From Acidobacteriota bacterium (lineage in GTDB: Bacteria > Acidobacteriota > UBA6911 > JACQSX01), in contig DASXQR010000201.1 in NCBI GenBank assembly GCA_036507075.1, positions 1 through 37,398 on the forward strand: DNA of 37,398 nt. The letters are read 5' to 3'. The notes under the pieces are model-generated. The model saw only the letters and a list, made by a program, of their open reading frames with translations. It was not told the origin of the DNA and did no database searches. The translations under genes were made by a program, and so were the position numbers. This document shows positions 7,743-17,253 of the stretch, piece after piece. The stretch's first letter is position 1. Every line of letters starts with the position of its first letter.

Positions 7743-9803
7743 TCAGTTTCTGGCGAGCATGTTTTCAAGCTGGCCGGCCAGGGGGGAGTGCAATTTTCGA
7801 AGTATTTCCAGTTCCTTTATCGCGTCATGTTTTCGATTCAGGAGCAGCCAGGCTTTTCCAAGATTAAAATGCCCCTCGGCGGAATCGGGGTTCAATCGCA
7901 CAGCCTCTGAAAAGTGCGACACTGCTTCGTTAAGCCGGTTCTGCGTCGCCAATTCGATTCCAAGATTGACATGTGCGTCCGTGTAATCAGGTTTTTGCCC
8001 GAGAGCCTGCCGATAATGGATCAAGGCTTGCGACGTTTTTCCCAACTGCGCGAGAGCCACTCCAAGATTCATATGCACTTCCGGATATTCCGGCCTGTAG
8101 CGCAGCGCATTCTGGTAGCTGTTGACCGCTTCTTCCCACCTTCCCTGTTGCGCCAGCACCAGGCCCATGTTGTAGTGCGCCCTGGGATCGTCCGGCTTGA
8201 AGCGAATCGCTTCGGAAAGACGATGCAGTGCTTCCCGGCTGCTGCCTTGCTGTGCCATTTCGATCCCGACGTTGATCTGGGCTTCCGGTTGGTCGGGGCG
8301 AAGGCGAAGCGCCTCGCGGTAATGGAACATCGCTTCGTCGGTTTTTCCCTGGTACGCCAACGCCGCTCCCAGGTTATTGTGGGCATGCACGTAATCGGGA
8401 CTGATTTGCAGCGATTTGCGATAGTGCACCACAGCCTCGTCCCATCTTCCGATCTTTGTCAGCGCATAGCCAAGATTGTTCTCCGCCAGATGATTGTTCC
8501 GCGTGACGTCAAGAGCATGTTCAAATAAGGTAATGCTGTTCTTCCAGTATCCGGCCTGTATCCAACAAAGCCAGGCAAGGAGAGCAACAGCGACGATAGC
8601 AAGCGACGCCACGACGGCTTCATAAAGGACCCCGTCGGGAATCGATTCCGCAATCGACCAGGTCAACGCAATAAAGAGCCCGATGAAGGGAATGTAGCTA
8701 TAGCGGTCCGCCATGGCTTGTTCGCCGACCTGCACAATTCCAATTACCGGCACGAGGGTTCCGAGGAACCAGAACCATCCCACCGCCAGGTATGGAAAAG
8801 CCCGTGCCTTAAAGAGCACCGCCGCGCTGACAAGCAGCAGTATTAAAAGCGATCCGACAAACTGCCAAAGCGGGAGAGAATTTCCCGGATGCGGGTAAAA
8901 CGGCGCCAGGTTGACCGGCCAGAACATCTTGATTACGTAGCGCACGTAGCTCACCACAGCGTTCTCAAGGCGAATGCTTATCGGAAACATGCGAAGAGGC
9001 GCTACGGCTCCTCCCTGCCGCTGCGCGATAAAAGTAATGACCGAAGAACCAATCACCAGCAAGAAAAGAGGACCCTTCTCGGTAATCAGCAGAAGTCTCC
9101 TTTGCCAGGTCCCGCGGCGGGAGGGTTTTCGAGCGGGCGCTCGTCGGGTTGGTTTTCCGGCTGGAGCCGCTTCTGCCTGCTGCCATCGCTTCAGCGGCCA
9201 GAAGTCAAGAAGCAGGAGCACAAGAGGAAGCGTGACCAGCATCGGCTTTGCCGTCAAGCCTAGCGTAGTTGAGATCAGCACCAAAACGTAACGGAACGCG
9301 GAAGGCGCGCGCACGTAGAATGCGTAGCTCAGCAGAGTGAGCATAAAGAAGAGAGCACTGAGGACGTCCTTCCTCTCGGAAACCCAGGCTACTGATTCGG
9401 CATGCGCGGGGTGCAGGGCAAATAGAGCCGCCACAAACAGACTGCAATAAAAATTGCCCGTCATTTGTCGCAGCGCCAGCATCAGGAGCGCGGCACTGGC
9501 AAGGTGAATAACAACGTTGGTCAAATGATGAGGTCCCGGCCGGAGCCCGAACCATTCCACATCGAGCATGTGAGACAGCCAGGTCAGCGGATGCCAGTTG
9601 GCTCCATAGTTCGTAGTTATGGCCCAAATGAGTCCCTCTCGGGACAAGCCTTGCTGTACCTGCCGATTTTCCGTGACGTAAACATTGTCATCGTAAACGA
9701 GAAAATCAAACGTCCGTACCTGCCGGTAGGCGACGCCCGAGAGCGCGAATACACCGATGAAAAGTATGGCTCTTAGATAATTTGAATCCCAGAATCTGGT
9801 CAT
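7743..9803 (-). CDS. TMTC-like membrane protein (GT-C fold, putative protein O-mannosyltransferase) with C-terminal TPR array
   Basis: YDDNVYV, WHPLTWLSH, HPAHAESVAWVSERKDVL and ADRYSY motifs, multiple TM segments, about 7 TPR repeats. Confidence 0.88.
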   Translation of the reverse strand: MTRFWDSNYLRAILFIGVFALSGVAYRQVRTFDFLVYDDNVYVTENRQVQQGLSREGLIWAITTNYGANWHPLTWLSHMLDVEWFGLRPGPHHLTNVVIHLASAALLMLALRQMTGNFYCSLFVAALFALHPAHAESVAWVSERKDVLSALFFMLTLLSYAFYVRAPSAFRYVLVLISTTLGLTAKPMLVTLPLVLLLLDFWPLKRWQQAEAAPAGKPTRRAPARKPSRRGTWQRRLLLITEKGPLFLLVIGSSVITFIAQRQGGAVAPLRMFPISIRLENAVVSYVRYVIKMFWPVNLAPFYPHPGNSLPLWQFVGSLLILLLVSAAVLFKARAFPYLAVGWFWFLGTLVPVIGIVQVGEQAMADRYSYIPFIGLFIALTWSIAESIPDGVLYEAVVASLAIVAVALLAWLCWIQAGYWKNSITLFEHALDVTRNNHLAENNLGYALTKIGRWDEAVVHYRKSLQISPDYVHAHNNLGAALAYQGKTDEAMFHYREALRLRPDQPEAQINVGIEMAQQGSSREALHRLSEAIRFKPDDPRAHYNMGLVLAQQGRWEEAVNSYQNALRYRPEYPEVHMNLGVALAQLGKTSQALIHYRQALGQKPDYTDAHVNLGIELATQNRLNEAVSHFSEAVRLNPDSAEGHFNLGKAWLLLNRKHDAIKELEILRKLHSPLAGQLENMLARN

Positions 9804-9811
9804 GGGTTAGA

Positions 9812-9915
9812 TTGAGCACGAATTCTCAGTGTTGAGCACGAATTTTCACGAATTTCACGAATCTTTTAATTTTAGTTTCGTGAAATTCGTGAAATTCGTG
9901 AAAATTCATGCTCAA
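9812..9915. repeat. Palindromic mini-element built from 9-bp CACGAATTT units
   Basis: TTGAGCACGAATTTTCACGAATTTCACGAA, AT-rich loop, TTCGTGAAATTCGTGAAATTCGTGAAAATTCATGCTCAA; extra copy of TTGAGCACGAATT at 9812. Confidence 0.9.
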
Positions 9916-9933
9916 GTAATAAAATATATCTTG

Positions 9934-10698
9934 ATGAGCAGTAAAGCTGCGCAAATCACTACTCTGCCGGTTCCCGATGCCTCGGCGTTGCCGTTCCCCA
10001 CTCAGAGGCCTATGCTGATTTGCCTCAGTGGAATTGACGGAGCAGGAAAGACCCGCGTGGCCCACAGGCTGGAGTTTGCCTTTCAAAAGCAGGGAATCCA
10101 GGCGCGCTACCAGTGGCTGTGCGGCGGCAGTTCGGCCTTTTCAGAGATAGTAGTGCGGCTGATTCGGAAAGCGGCCGGCACCAGGAGCTCATTCCCGCAG
10201 CGACATCCCCCGAATCAGCGAAAAGGATTTCGTTTTCAAGTCAAGAAACAACTTTGGTATCTCCTCGTCGGTATCGACCTGGTTCAGTTCTCAATCTTCA
10301 AAGTAAGACTTCCGCTTCTTTTAGGCAAGGTCGTCATCTGCGATCGATATACCTTTGACACCTTTTCGGATGTGGCCAGCCGCTACGAACAGGATCCGGC
10401 CTGTGCATGCATGAATCCATTCGAGAAGTTCTTTCATTTTCTTTTTCCGGAGCCGGATCTCCACTACCTTCTGGTTGCAAATCCGGACGAAGTGGAAAGG
10501 CCGGGCCGGGTAGATCCAGCTGCGGATGAAGATTTCAGGTACAAGAGCCAGCTCTACCTCACCCGTTACCAGCCGTACGCGAGATTTGTGGTCAAGCGGG
10601 TCGACGGTGACATAGATCGAGTGGAGCATGAAATCGTGATGGAAACACTGAAGCGCTACTGGTCAGAGCTGGGATCAAATGGGCGGAAGGGCAATTAG
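9934..10698 (+). CDS. Thymidylate-kinase-like P-loop kinase
   Basis: ICLSGIDGAGKT P-loop, VICDRY and PEPDL motifs. The first 35 codons of the track ORF are translated repeat, so the start was moved to 9934. Confidence 0.8.
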   Translation: MSSKAAQITTLPVPDASALPFPTQRPMLICLSGIDGAGKTRVAHRLEFAFQKQGIQARYQWLCGGSSAFSEIVVRLIRKAAGTRSSFPQRHPPNQRKGFRFQVKKQLWYLLVGIDLVQFSIFKVRLPLLLGKVVICDRYTFDTFSDVASRYEQDPACACMNPFEKFFHFLFPEPDLHYLLVANPDEVERPGRVDPAADEDFRYKSQLYLTRYQPYARFVVKRVDGDIDRVEHEIVMETLKRYWSELGSNGRKGN

Positions 10699-10815
10699 TT
10701 GCAACTGAGTAAGAAATTTTTCACCGCTATGATGCTCTGTGTAACACGATAGCAACTTCTTGTTTTTTTGGCAAAGTCTTCCAAAACCTATGGATGTCTC
10801 TGCAATCGGGGATAC

Positions 10816-11000
10816 TCCGCTTCAGCGGACTTTTGCTTTTCGGTTAGCCCCGGCTTTCAAGCCGGGGTGAACGCTTCAGCCCCAGGGCTAAAGCCAACGA
10901 GAAAAGGCCGCTGAAGCGGCCTGAGGAAATTAGGAACGTCGGCTACCCCGGCTTGAAAGCCGGGGCTAACCGAAAGCAAAAAGCCCGCTGAAAGCGGGCT
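10816..11000. repeat. REP/REPIN-like composite inverted repeat
   Basis: Arms TTCGGTTAGCCCCGGCTTTCAAGCCGGGGT and ACCCCGGCTTGAAAGCCGGGGCTAACCGAA plus CCGCT(GA/TC)AGCGG-type hairpins. Confidence 0.88.
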
Positions 11001-11089
11001 CACATTGGTCAGCCTCTGCTTCCTGGTTGCGGCTCTGCTGCGGTGTGTGACCTGTTGGCGATTTCTTGTTTTTTTAGCAAGATTCTTTA

Positions 11090-11119
11090 ACTAATGACCA
11101 ATGACTAATGACCGATGAC
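11090..11119 (+). repeat. 7-bp tandem repeat (CYAATGA x4, last copy degenerate)
   Basis: ctaatga ccaatga ctaatga ccgatga. Confidence 0.75.
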
Positions 11120-11206
11120 GCGTTTGGTTGCGGCTCGGCCGGGCTGTGCCTCTGTGGTGAAAGATTCATACGCAATTACCAGACAACTGCCAGCGAGACA
11201 GTCGAC

Positions 11207-12442
11207 ATGAAAACAAAAAACCGGTTGCTTTTGAGCCTGATGATGTTTCTAGAGTACTCGATCTGGGGTGCCTGGTTTGGCGTGCTTTCGGTTTACCTGG
11301 GTGCCAAAGGCTTCAGCGGCACGCAGATCGGCCTGATTTACAGCCTGCTTCCGGTCGGGTGCATGGTTGCGCCCTTCATAATCGGGCAGCTGGCGGACCG
11401 GTATTTTGACAGCGGGAAACTCCTGGCGGTGCTTCATCTGGCGGGGGGAGCGCTTCTCTTTGCAATGGCGCGCATGACGCAATACGAGCACCTCTGGCCC
11501 ACGATGCTCGCTTGGTCGATTTTGTATGGTCCGACTCTGGCGCTGACAAATTCCATCTGCTTTCATCACATGCCGGAAGCCGAAAAGGATTTCGGAGTGG
11601 TCCGAGTGTGGGGGACGATTGGATGGATCGTGGTCGGATTGACGCTTTCAGGATTGCGGCAGGCCGCTCCCGGTTTGCTGGAAACGCTGGGAGGAGCCGA
11701 CTCTCTGTGGCTTGCCGCCGTGCTTTCTGTTGTCCTGGCAGTATTCTCGCTGGCGCTTCCGTCCACGCCTCCCGCCAGGTCGGGAGTCAATCCGTGGGCC
11801 TTCATCACGGCATTCAGAATGTTAAAGGATCCGCAGTTTGCGATCTTTATTGCAGTCTCATTCGTAGTGGCTACGGAATTGATGTTTTATTACGTCCTGA
11901 CCGGGCCGTTCCTGGCAACCATCGGTATCCGTTCGGCAAGGATTCCAGCAGTGTTAACAATCGCGCAGGCGGCTGAAATCGGAACCATGCTGGCGCTGCC
12001 ATGGATGCTGACTCGCTGGGGGATCCGCAAGACTATGCTGGTAGGAATTCTTGCGTGGCCGGTCCGCTACGCCGTTTTTGCATGGGGGCAGCCGTGGCGG
12101 CTGGTGGTTGCGGCCCTCACCCTGCATGGTTTGTGCTACGTGTGCTTTTTTACCGCGTCGCAGATTTACGTCGACAAAGTCGCGCCGCGCGATATTCGCG
12201 CTTCCGCGCAGGGGTTGATAACCTTTGTCACCCTCGGAGCCGGACTTTACTTCGGCAGTCTTTTTGCCGGTTATATCAGCGATTACTTTTCTACTGCATC
12301 CGCGGCGGGCGGCACAGTGGTCAACTACAGCAAAGTTTTTTTGGTGCCGCTGGTACTGACCACGCTTTGCGCCCTCATTTTTATGCTCACATTTCGAGAA
12401 CGGGCCTGGAAGGTCGAGGCTACTGAGAGCTTGAGGGACTGA
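11207..12442 (+). CDS. MFS nucleoside:H+ symporter family permease (NupG/XapB/YegT-like)
   Basis: MMFLEYSIWGAW, GQLADRYF, PTLALTNSI, FGVVRVWGTIGWI and LHGLCY motifs; about 12 TM segments. Confidence 0.9.
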   Translation: MKTKNRLLLSLMMFLEYSIWGAWFGVLSVYLGAKGFSGTQIGLIYSLLPVGCMVAPFIIGQLADRYFDSGKLLAVLHLAGGALLFAMARMTQYEHLWPTMLAWSILYGPTLALTNSICFHHMPEAEKDFGVVRVWGTIGWIVVGLTLSGLRQAAPGLLETLGGADSLWLAAVLSVVLAVFSLALPSTPPARSGVNPWAFITAFRMLKDPQFAIFIAVSFVVATELMFYYVLTGPFLATIGIRSARIPAVLTIAQAAEIGTMLALPWMLTRWGIRKTMLVGILAWPVRYAVFAWGQPWRLVVAALTLHGLCYVCFFTASQIYVDKVAPRDIRASAQGLITFVTLGAGLYFGSLFAGYISDYFSTASAAGGTVVNYSKVFLVPLVLTTLCALIFMLTFRERAWKVEATESLRD

Positions 12443-12514
12443 GAGATTGAGGGACTGAGGGACTGAGGGCTGAGAGACTGAAGGACTGAGAGACTGAAGG
12501 ACTGAGAGACTGAA
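12422..12514 (+). repeat. 8-bp tandem repeat (GACTGAGR-type) overlapping the permease stop codon
   Basis: About 11 degenerate units; related to 31034-31200. Confidence 0.88.
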
Positions 12515-12520
12515 TTGTTT

Positions 12521-13147
12521 ATGAGAAAGATTTTTTCAATTTGGATCTTTTGCCTGCTGCTTGGCAGTCCAGCCGCCGGCCAGTCGAACACGACTCTGCT
12601 TCGAGAGTTGCTGCTCGGTCCCGGATTTCCGGCAAAGATCAAGAGCAAGAACAAGGTTGCGCGCTGGGATCAGATCGATCAACTGTTGAACCTGCAGCTC
12701 GCTCCGAAAACCGAAGGGCTGCCTGACAAAATGAAGGCGAAAGCTCCTGCCGGATCTCTGGGCGACATGTTTTCGGAAAAGTACGAAGTGCGTAAGCTGC
12801 TTTCTTCGAACGGTATTCTTTTCTCCGATCTGTTTGACATCGGCGAAAACGACTTTTTTCCACTTACCAACAGCGTGTTGAAGTTTGTGCCGGAAGGTTC
12901 ACTGGAGGGAGAAACCGTTTACGATAAGTCAGGTCAGGTGCTGGGTAAGTTCGCCGGCAAAAGCAGGTATGAAAGAACCGGCGGCCTGTACGGGTCAGGC
13001 GGGTTTCGCCTGATCACTTTTCAGTACAAGACCCCCCAGGGAGAATTCCGATCTGCCGGACACGACAATCTTCTGGACAATTATGTGGTGTTCTGGTCAC
13101 GGATAAAGCAGCGTCCGGCGCTCGATCTTTCCTTCCTCATTAATTGA
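12521..13147 (+). CDS. Hypothetical secreted protein
   Basis: Signal peptide MRKIFSIWIFCLLLGSPAAG; fills the gap between co-oriented genes. Confidence 0.75.
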   Translation: MRKIFSIWIFCLLLGSPAAGQSNTTLLRELLLGPGFPAKIKSKNKVARWDQIDQLLNLQLAPKTEGLPDKMKAKAPAGSLGDMFSEKYEVRKLLSSNGILFSDLFDIGENDFFPLTNSVLKFVPEGSLEGETVYDKSGQVLGKFAGKSRYERTGGLYGSGGFRLITFQYKTPQGEFRSAGHDNLLDNYVVFWSRIKQRPALDLSFLIN

Positions 13148-13258
13148 GCTTTGATCACGAATTTGACGAATTTCACGAATTTCACGAAATTATTTATTAG
13201 TAAAATTAATAAAGATTCGTGAAATTCGTGAAATTCGTGAAATTCGTGATCAAGGCTC
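13146..13258. repeat. Second palindromic mini-element of CACGAATTT units
   Basis: GAGCTTTGATCACGAATTTGACGAATTTCACGAATTTCACGAA, AT-rich loop, (ATTCGTGAA)x3 ATTCGTGATCAAGGCTC. Confidence 0.9.
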
Positions 13259-13261
13259 CAC

Positions 13262-14476
13262 ATGCAGGGCATTCGCGGTTCCATCATTTACAAGTTTCTG
13301 GGTGAGACCACCGGCAGGCTGATCTCTTTTATTATCGTGATCATTGTGGCCCGACAATTGGGACCACGTGCCCTGGGCATCTACGCGCTGGCCGGTGGTG
13401 TAGCCCTGTACATCGCCATCATCCCCGACTTTGGAATGCATCTGTTTGTCACGCGCGAAATCGCCGCTGACTCGACGGGGCGACAGCGCCTGGTGGGGGG
13501 ACTGCTGGCGCTAAAACTGGCGGCCGGCGTCGCGGCTGCTTTGCTTTTGTGGATTGTCGTTCCGCTGATATTTGCCAGCAAAGAAGAAGCCCTCACCATT
13601 GCCATCATGGGAACGGGCGGGATTTTCTTCGGTCTGGTCGAGTTCTTCACGGCGGTGCTTCGCGGGTACAACGCGATTATCACCGAGACGACACTGCTGA
13701 TGATGGTCAGAGTGTGTCGTACCGCGGCCGGCGCGGTCACGCTGTTAATGGGGAAAGGCTTGATTGTGTTCGCGCTGGTGTATGCGGGAGTCACATTGCT
13801 GGGGGTACTGGCGGCGCTTTTCTTGACGACTCGCTGGTTCGTAGTGCCGAGCCTGGCATTCGACTGGAAAGAGATCCGGCGCTGGGCACGGCAATATGTC
13901 CTGATCGGGACGGGCCTGATTGGAACTTTTCTTTATTTTCGATCCGACCTGTTCATCATCCGCTTTTTTCGCACCCCCGTAGAGGTGGGTCTGTATGATG
14001 CCGCCTATCGCGCCTTTGATGCAGTCCAGATGATTCCGGCCGTAATTGTGGCTGTCCTTTACCCGCGATTCGCGGCCGAAAACGGCGGGCGCTACCTGAA
14101 GCGGGCCCTGATCGACGTGGGCATTTTCGCCCCTGTATTGACGGCGGCAATTTTCTTCTACGGCAGGCTGATCATCAAGCTGGCTTACGGGAAGGAATTC
14201 GGAGCGTCCGTCGACATTGTAAAAATTTTCTACGCCATCCTGCCGGTGGTGTTTGTCAACCACGTACTTACGAATTATCTGATCGCCATCGGACGGCACC
14301 GCGTATACACCCGCATCACCCTGGCCGCTTTGACCCTGAATGTCGCCATCAATCTCCTGGCAATTCCTCAATTCGGGATTAAGGCAGCAGCCTTCACCAC
14401 GTTTCCCACCCAAACATTCATCTTGATTTGCTGTCTGGTCACATTACTGAACCGCAAAGAACGCCAAGCACGCTAA
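13262..14476 (+). CDS. Wzx-type polysaccharide flippase (MOP superfamily)
   Basis: ARQLGPRALGIY, DFGMHLFVTREIA, EVGLYDAAYR and LNVAINLLAIPQFGIKAAA motifs; multi-TM. Confidence 0.88.
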   Translation: MQGIRGSIIYKFLGETTGRLISFIIVIIVARQLGPRALGIYALAGGVALYIAIIPDFGMHLFVTREIAADSTGRQRLVGGLLALKLAAGVAAALLLWIVVPLIFASKEEALTIAIMGTGGIFFGLVEFFTAVLRGYNAIITETTLLMMVRVCRTAAGAVTLLMGKGLIVFALVYAGVTLLGVLAALFLTTRWFVVPSLAFDWKEIRRWARQYVLIGTGLIGTFLYFRSDLFIIRFFRTPVEVGLYDAAYRAFDAVQMIPAVIVAVLYPRFAAENGGRYLKRALIDVGIFAPVLTAAIFFYGRLIIKLAYGKEFGASVDIVKIFYAILPVVFVNHVLTNYLIAIGRHRVYTRITLAALTLNVAINLLAIPQFGIKAAAFTTFPTQTFILICCLVTLLNRKERQAR

Positions 14477-14590
14477 GCATTACGCATCCTTCGGCTGTCA
14501 CACTGGTGGATAGCGACATTAAGATCTCCATGTGGCCGCCGTTCCCGAGATTCATTCAGATCTTGGCGTGCTTGGCGCCCTTGGCGGTTC
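14449..14590. repeat. Inverted repeat of 9-bp CGCCAAG-type units overlapping the flippase stop
   Basis: Arm 14449-14477 matches the reverse complement of 14562-14590 at 25/29 positions. Confidence 0.8.
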
Positions 14591-14668
14591 GGTTTTTTGG
14601 GATTGGAAACTTGCCGGTTTTAAGCGATTGCAATAAGATGGCTGCAACCGAAAGGGGAAAAATCTCTG

Positions 14669-16075
14669 ATGGCGCAGGATTCAGGGTATCGGCAACTGGA
14701 CGAGTTTGTCCAAAATTACTTCCAGGATCTTCGACAGGATTTGCTGCAGGTGAAAGCAAGGCTGGAAGATCTGCAGGGAAAGCTGGACCAGCGGCTGGAA
14801 CATATTGCCAAGGAGCCTTTTCTGCAGAGTGCCTCGGGCGGTGCAGTGCCTTCGGCGAACGGAGAAGCGGTTTTCTCGGACCTGGCCCGGGCTCTGCAGA
14901 GCTTCGGGGCGGCCGCCGACGAGGAATCTGTTCTGGAGGCTTTGGCCAGCTTTGGAAATCGAATAGCGCCGCGCGTGCTTGTGCTGGTGCGCAGGGGAGA
15001 TCGGTGGGTCCGCTTTGCGCAAGGCAAACTTGATACCGCCACTAGTTTTGCATCCGACGCGCAAACGATCTATCAAAAGGCTGCGGAAAGCCGGTCTGTG
15101 GTGGCGGAAGAGAGCGCTCGCTTTTCAGGACACGGCGAGATTCATCAGGTTCTGGGTGGCGATGCGCATTACTGCGCAGCCGTTCCGCTGCTGTTTGGCG
15201 ATGCCGTTCCCGCCGTCTTCTACGCCGACACGCCTCAGTCCAAAACCTTAAACGTGCCGGCGCTGGAAGTGCTTTGCCAGGGAGCGCGACTGGCGATCCG
15301 TGCTTTGCACCACACCGAATTGCCGGCCGAGGCCGTTTCCCAGCCCGAAGCTCGAAAGCCGCAACCGATTGCAACTCCGGCTCCACCGCAACCGGCAGTC
15401 TCCCCGGCCCGAACCCCGGCTGCGCCTTCCGCGCCAAGTGAGGACAGCATCGACTTCTCCCGTGACATCCTGGGACGCCGCCAGCGCGAATGGGGCCGTC
15501 CAGCCACGGAAGAGAGACCCGCGGCTGCGGCGGCCGAACCGCCGCGCGCGGCTGAAACCGCCATTCCTCCGGCCCCGGCTGCGACTGCAAGCCCGATGCC
15601 GGGAACCCCATATGCACCCGTGCCCCAGCCTTATCCCGAACCTGCCGCGCCGGTGCAGGAAAGGACGGCTCCGGCGCCCCAGCCGCCTCCACCTGTATTT
15701 GCGCCGGTTCCGCAGGCGCCAGCGGCGACCTCGCCCGCGGCGGCTGCTCCGGCGGCGCAAAAAGTGCCTGGGCCTCAGCTAAGTTCTGACGAAGAACGCC
15801 AGCATGCCGACGCACGCAGGTTCGCACGATTGCTGGTTTCCGAGCTCAAGCTTTACAACGAGCAGGCTGTCGTTCAGGGGCGAAGAAACCGCGACATCTA
15901 CGCCCGGTTGAAACAGGATATTGAGCGAAGCCGCGAAATGTACAACCGCCGTGTTCCGGTGGGAGTGACCCGCCGGCAGGATTATTTCCACGAAGAACTG
16001 GTCAAGCTTCTCGCCGAAGGAGATATGGAATCTCTGGGACGCGATTATCCCGGGCCGCAAGCTGCGCGCGCGTGA
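14669..16075 (+). CDS. Hypothetical protein: coiled coil, GAF-like domain, Pro/Ala linker, conserved helical C-terminal domain
   Basis: GAF-like AAVPLLFGDAVPAVFYAD segment; C-terminal ARRFARLLVSELKLYNEQ; stop overlaps the next gene's start. Confidence 0.82.
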   Translation: MAQDSGYRQLDEFVQNYFQDLRQDLLQVKARLEDLQGKLDQRLEHIAKEPFLQSASGGAVPSANGEAVFSDLARALQSFGAAADEESVLEALASFGNRIAPRVLVLVRRGDRWVRFAQGKLDTATSFASDAQTIYQKAAESRSVVAEESARFSGHGEIHQVLGGDAHYCAAVPLLFGDAVPAVFYADTPQSKTLNVPALEVLCQGARLAIRALHHTELPAEAVSQPEARKPQPIATPAPPQPAVSPARTPAAPSAPSEDSIDFSRDILGRRQREWGRPATEERPAAAAAEPPRAAETAIPPAPAATASPMPGTPYAPVPQPYPEPAAPVQERTAPAPQPPPPVFAPVPQAPAATSPAAAAPAAQKVPGPQLSSDEERQHADARRFARLLVSELKLYNEQAVVQGRRNRDIYARLKQDIERSREMYNRRVPVGVTRRQDYFHEELVKLLAEGDMESLGRDYPGPQAARA

Positions 16076-17253
16076 TGCGTTCTCACGTTTCTCAAAAAGC
16101 AGGTCGGTTCACGGAATCAGTGATCCGTGAGATGACCCGCCTTGCCAACAAGCATGGCGCCATCAATCTGGCCCAGGGTTTTCCCGATTTTCCCGCCCCC
16201 TCGGTGATCAAGGACGAAGCATGTCGCGCCATTCGTGAAGACGTCAACCAGTATGCGATTACCTGGGGCGCAAAGAGGCTCAGGAATGCCATTGCCGAGA
16301 AATACCAGCAGTCCCGGGGCTTTCCTCTGGATCCGGAAAAGGAGATAACGGTTTGCTGTGGATCGACCGAAGCGATGATCTCGGCCTGTCTGGCCGTGAT
16401 CGATCCAGGCGATGAAGTGGTTATCTTCGAGCCGTTCTACGAGAATTACGGTCCCGATGTGATTCTTTCCGGGGCTGTGCCAAGATTTGTAACGCTGCGC
16501 TATCCGGACTGGTCGTTTGATCGCGACCAACTGGCCCGCGCGTTCAGCAACAAGACGCGGGCCATCATCATCAACACCCCGAATAATCCCACCGGCAAGG
16601 TATTCAGCCGAGACGAGCTTGAATTCATCGCGACGCTTTGCCAGAAGTGGGACACGCTGGCTATCACCGACGAAATCTACGAGCACATCCTTTACGACGG
16701 CGAGAGCCATATAATGATCGCCCAGCTTCCCGGAATGCGCGACCGCACCATTACTCTTAACAGCATTTCAAAAACTTACAGCCTCACTGGCTGGCGTGTC
16801 GGCTATGCCGTTGCTTCCGAACGGCTCACGGCGGCCATTCGAAAAGTGCATGATTTTCTGACTGTAGGCGCGGCGGCGCCTTTGCAGGAGGCGGCAGTAA
16901 CGGGCCTGCAGATGCCACGGGAATACTATGAGCGTCTGGCGCGGGAATATCAGATGCGGCGCGATTTTCTTCATTCAGCGCTGGAGGGCGCGGGTTTGAA
17001 GAGCGTCCTGCCCAGGGGTGCTTATTACATGATGTCGGACATCAGCAATTTCGGATTTCGCAACGACGTGGAGTTTGTGCGCTTTTTGATAGAGCAGATC
17101 GGCGTGGCCGCGGTTCCCGGCAGCAGTTTTTTCTTCAACCCGGAAGACGGCCGCAGCTTTATCCGGTTCTGCTTTTGCAAGAAAGACGAGACACTGCAGC
17201 GGGCAGTGGAGAGGCTGGGAAGGCTTGCGCAGGCAAAAACCTTGGCGCATTAG
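16072..17253 (+). CDS. PLP-dependent aminotransferase class I/II (YbdL/kynurenine-aminotransferase-like)
   Basis: AINLAQGFPDF, NTPNNPTGKV, DEIYEH and SISKTYSLTGWRVGY motifs. Confidence 0.93.
   Translation: MMRSHVSQKAGRFTESVIREMTRLANKHGAINLAQGFPDFPAPSVIKDEACRAIREDVNQYAITWGAKRLRNAIAEKYQQSRGFPLDPEKEITVCCGSTEAMISACLAVIDPGDEVVIFEPFYENYGPDVILSGAVPRFVTLRYPDWSFDRDQLARAFSNKTRAIIINTPNNPTGKVFSRDELEFIATLCQKWDTLAITDEIYEHILYDGESHIMIAQLPGMRDRTITLNSISKTYSLTGWRVGYAVASERLTAAIRKVHDFLTVGAAAPLQEAAVTGLQMPREYYERLAREYQMRRDFLHSALEGAGLKSVLPRGAYYMMSDISNFGFRNDVEFVRFLIEQIGVAAVPGSSFFFNPEDGRSFIRFCFCKKDETLQRAVERLGRLAQAKTLAH

Noticed and set aside
9829..9933. N-terminal FHEFHE/FVKFVK extension of the kinase, and ORFs 9826..10086 and 13081..13287
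   Set aside because: Translations of the 9-bp palindromic repeat.
9934..10698. Calling this gene the housekeeping tmk
   Set aside because: Lacks the typical REPGG motif and the usual holB context; kept as TMK-like.
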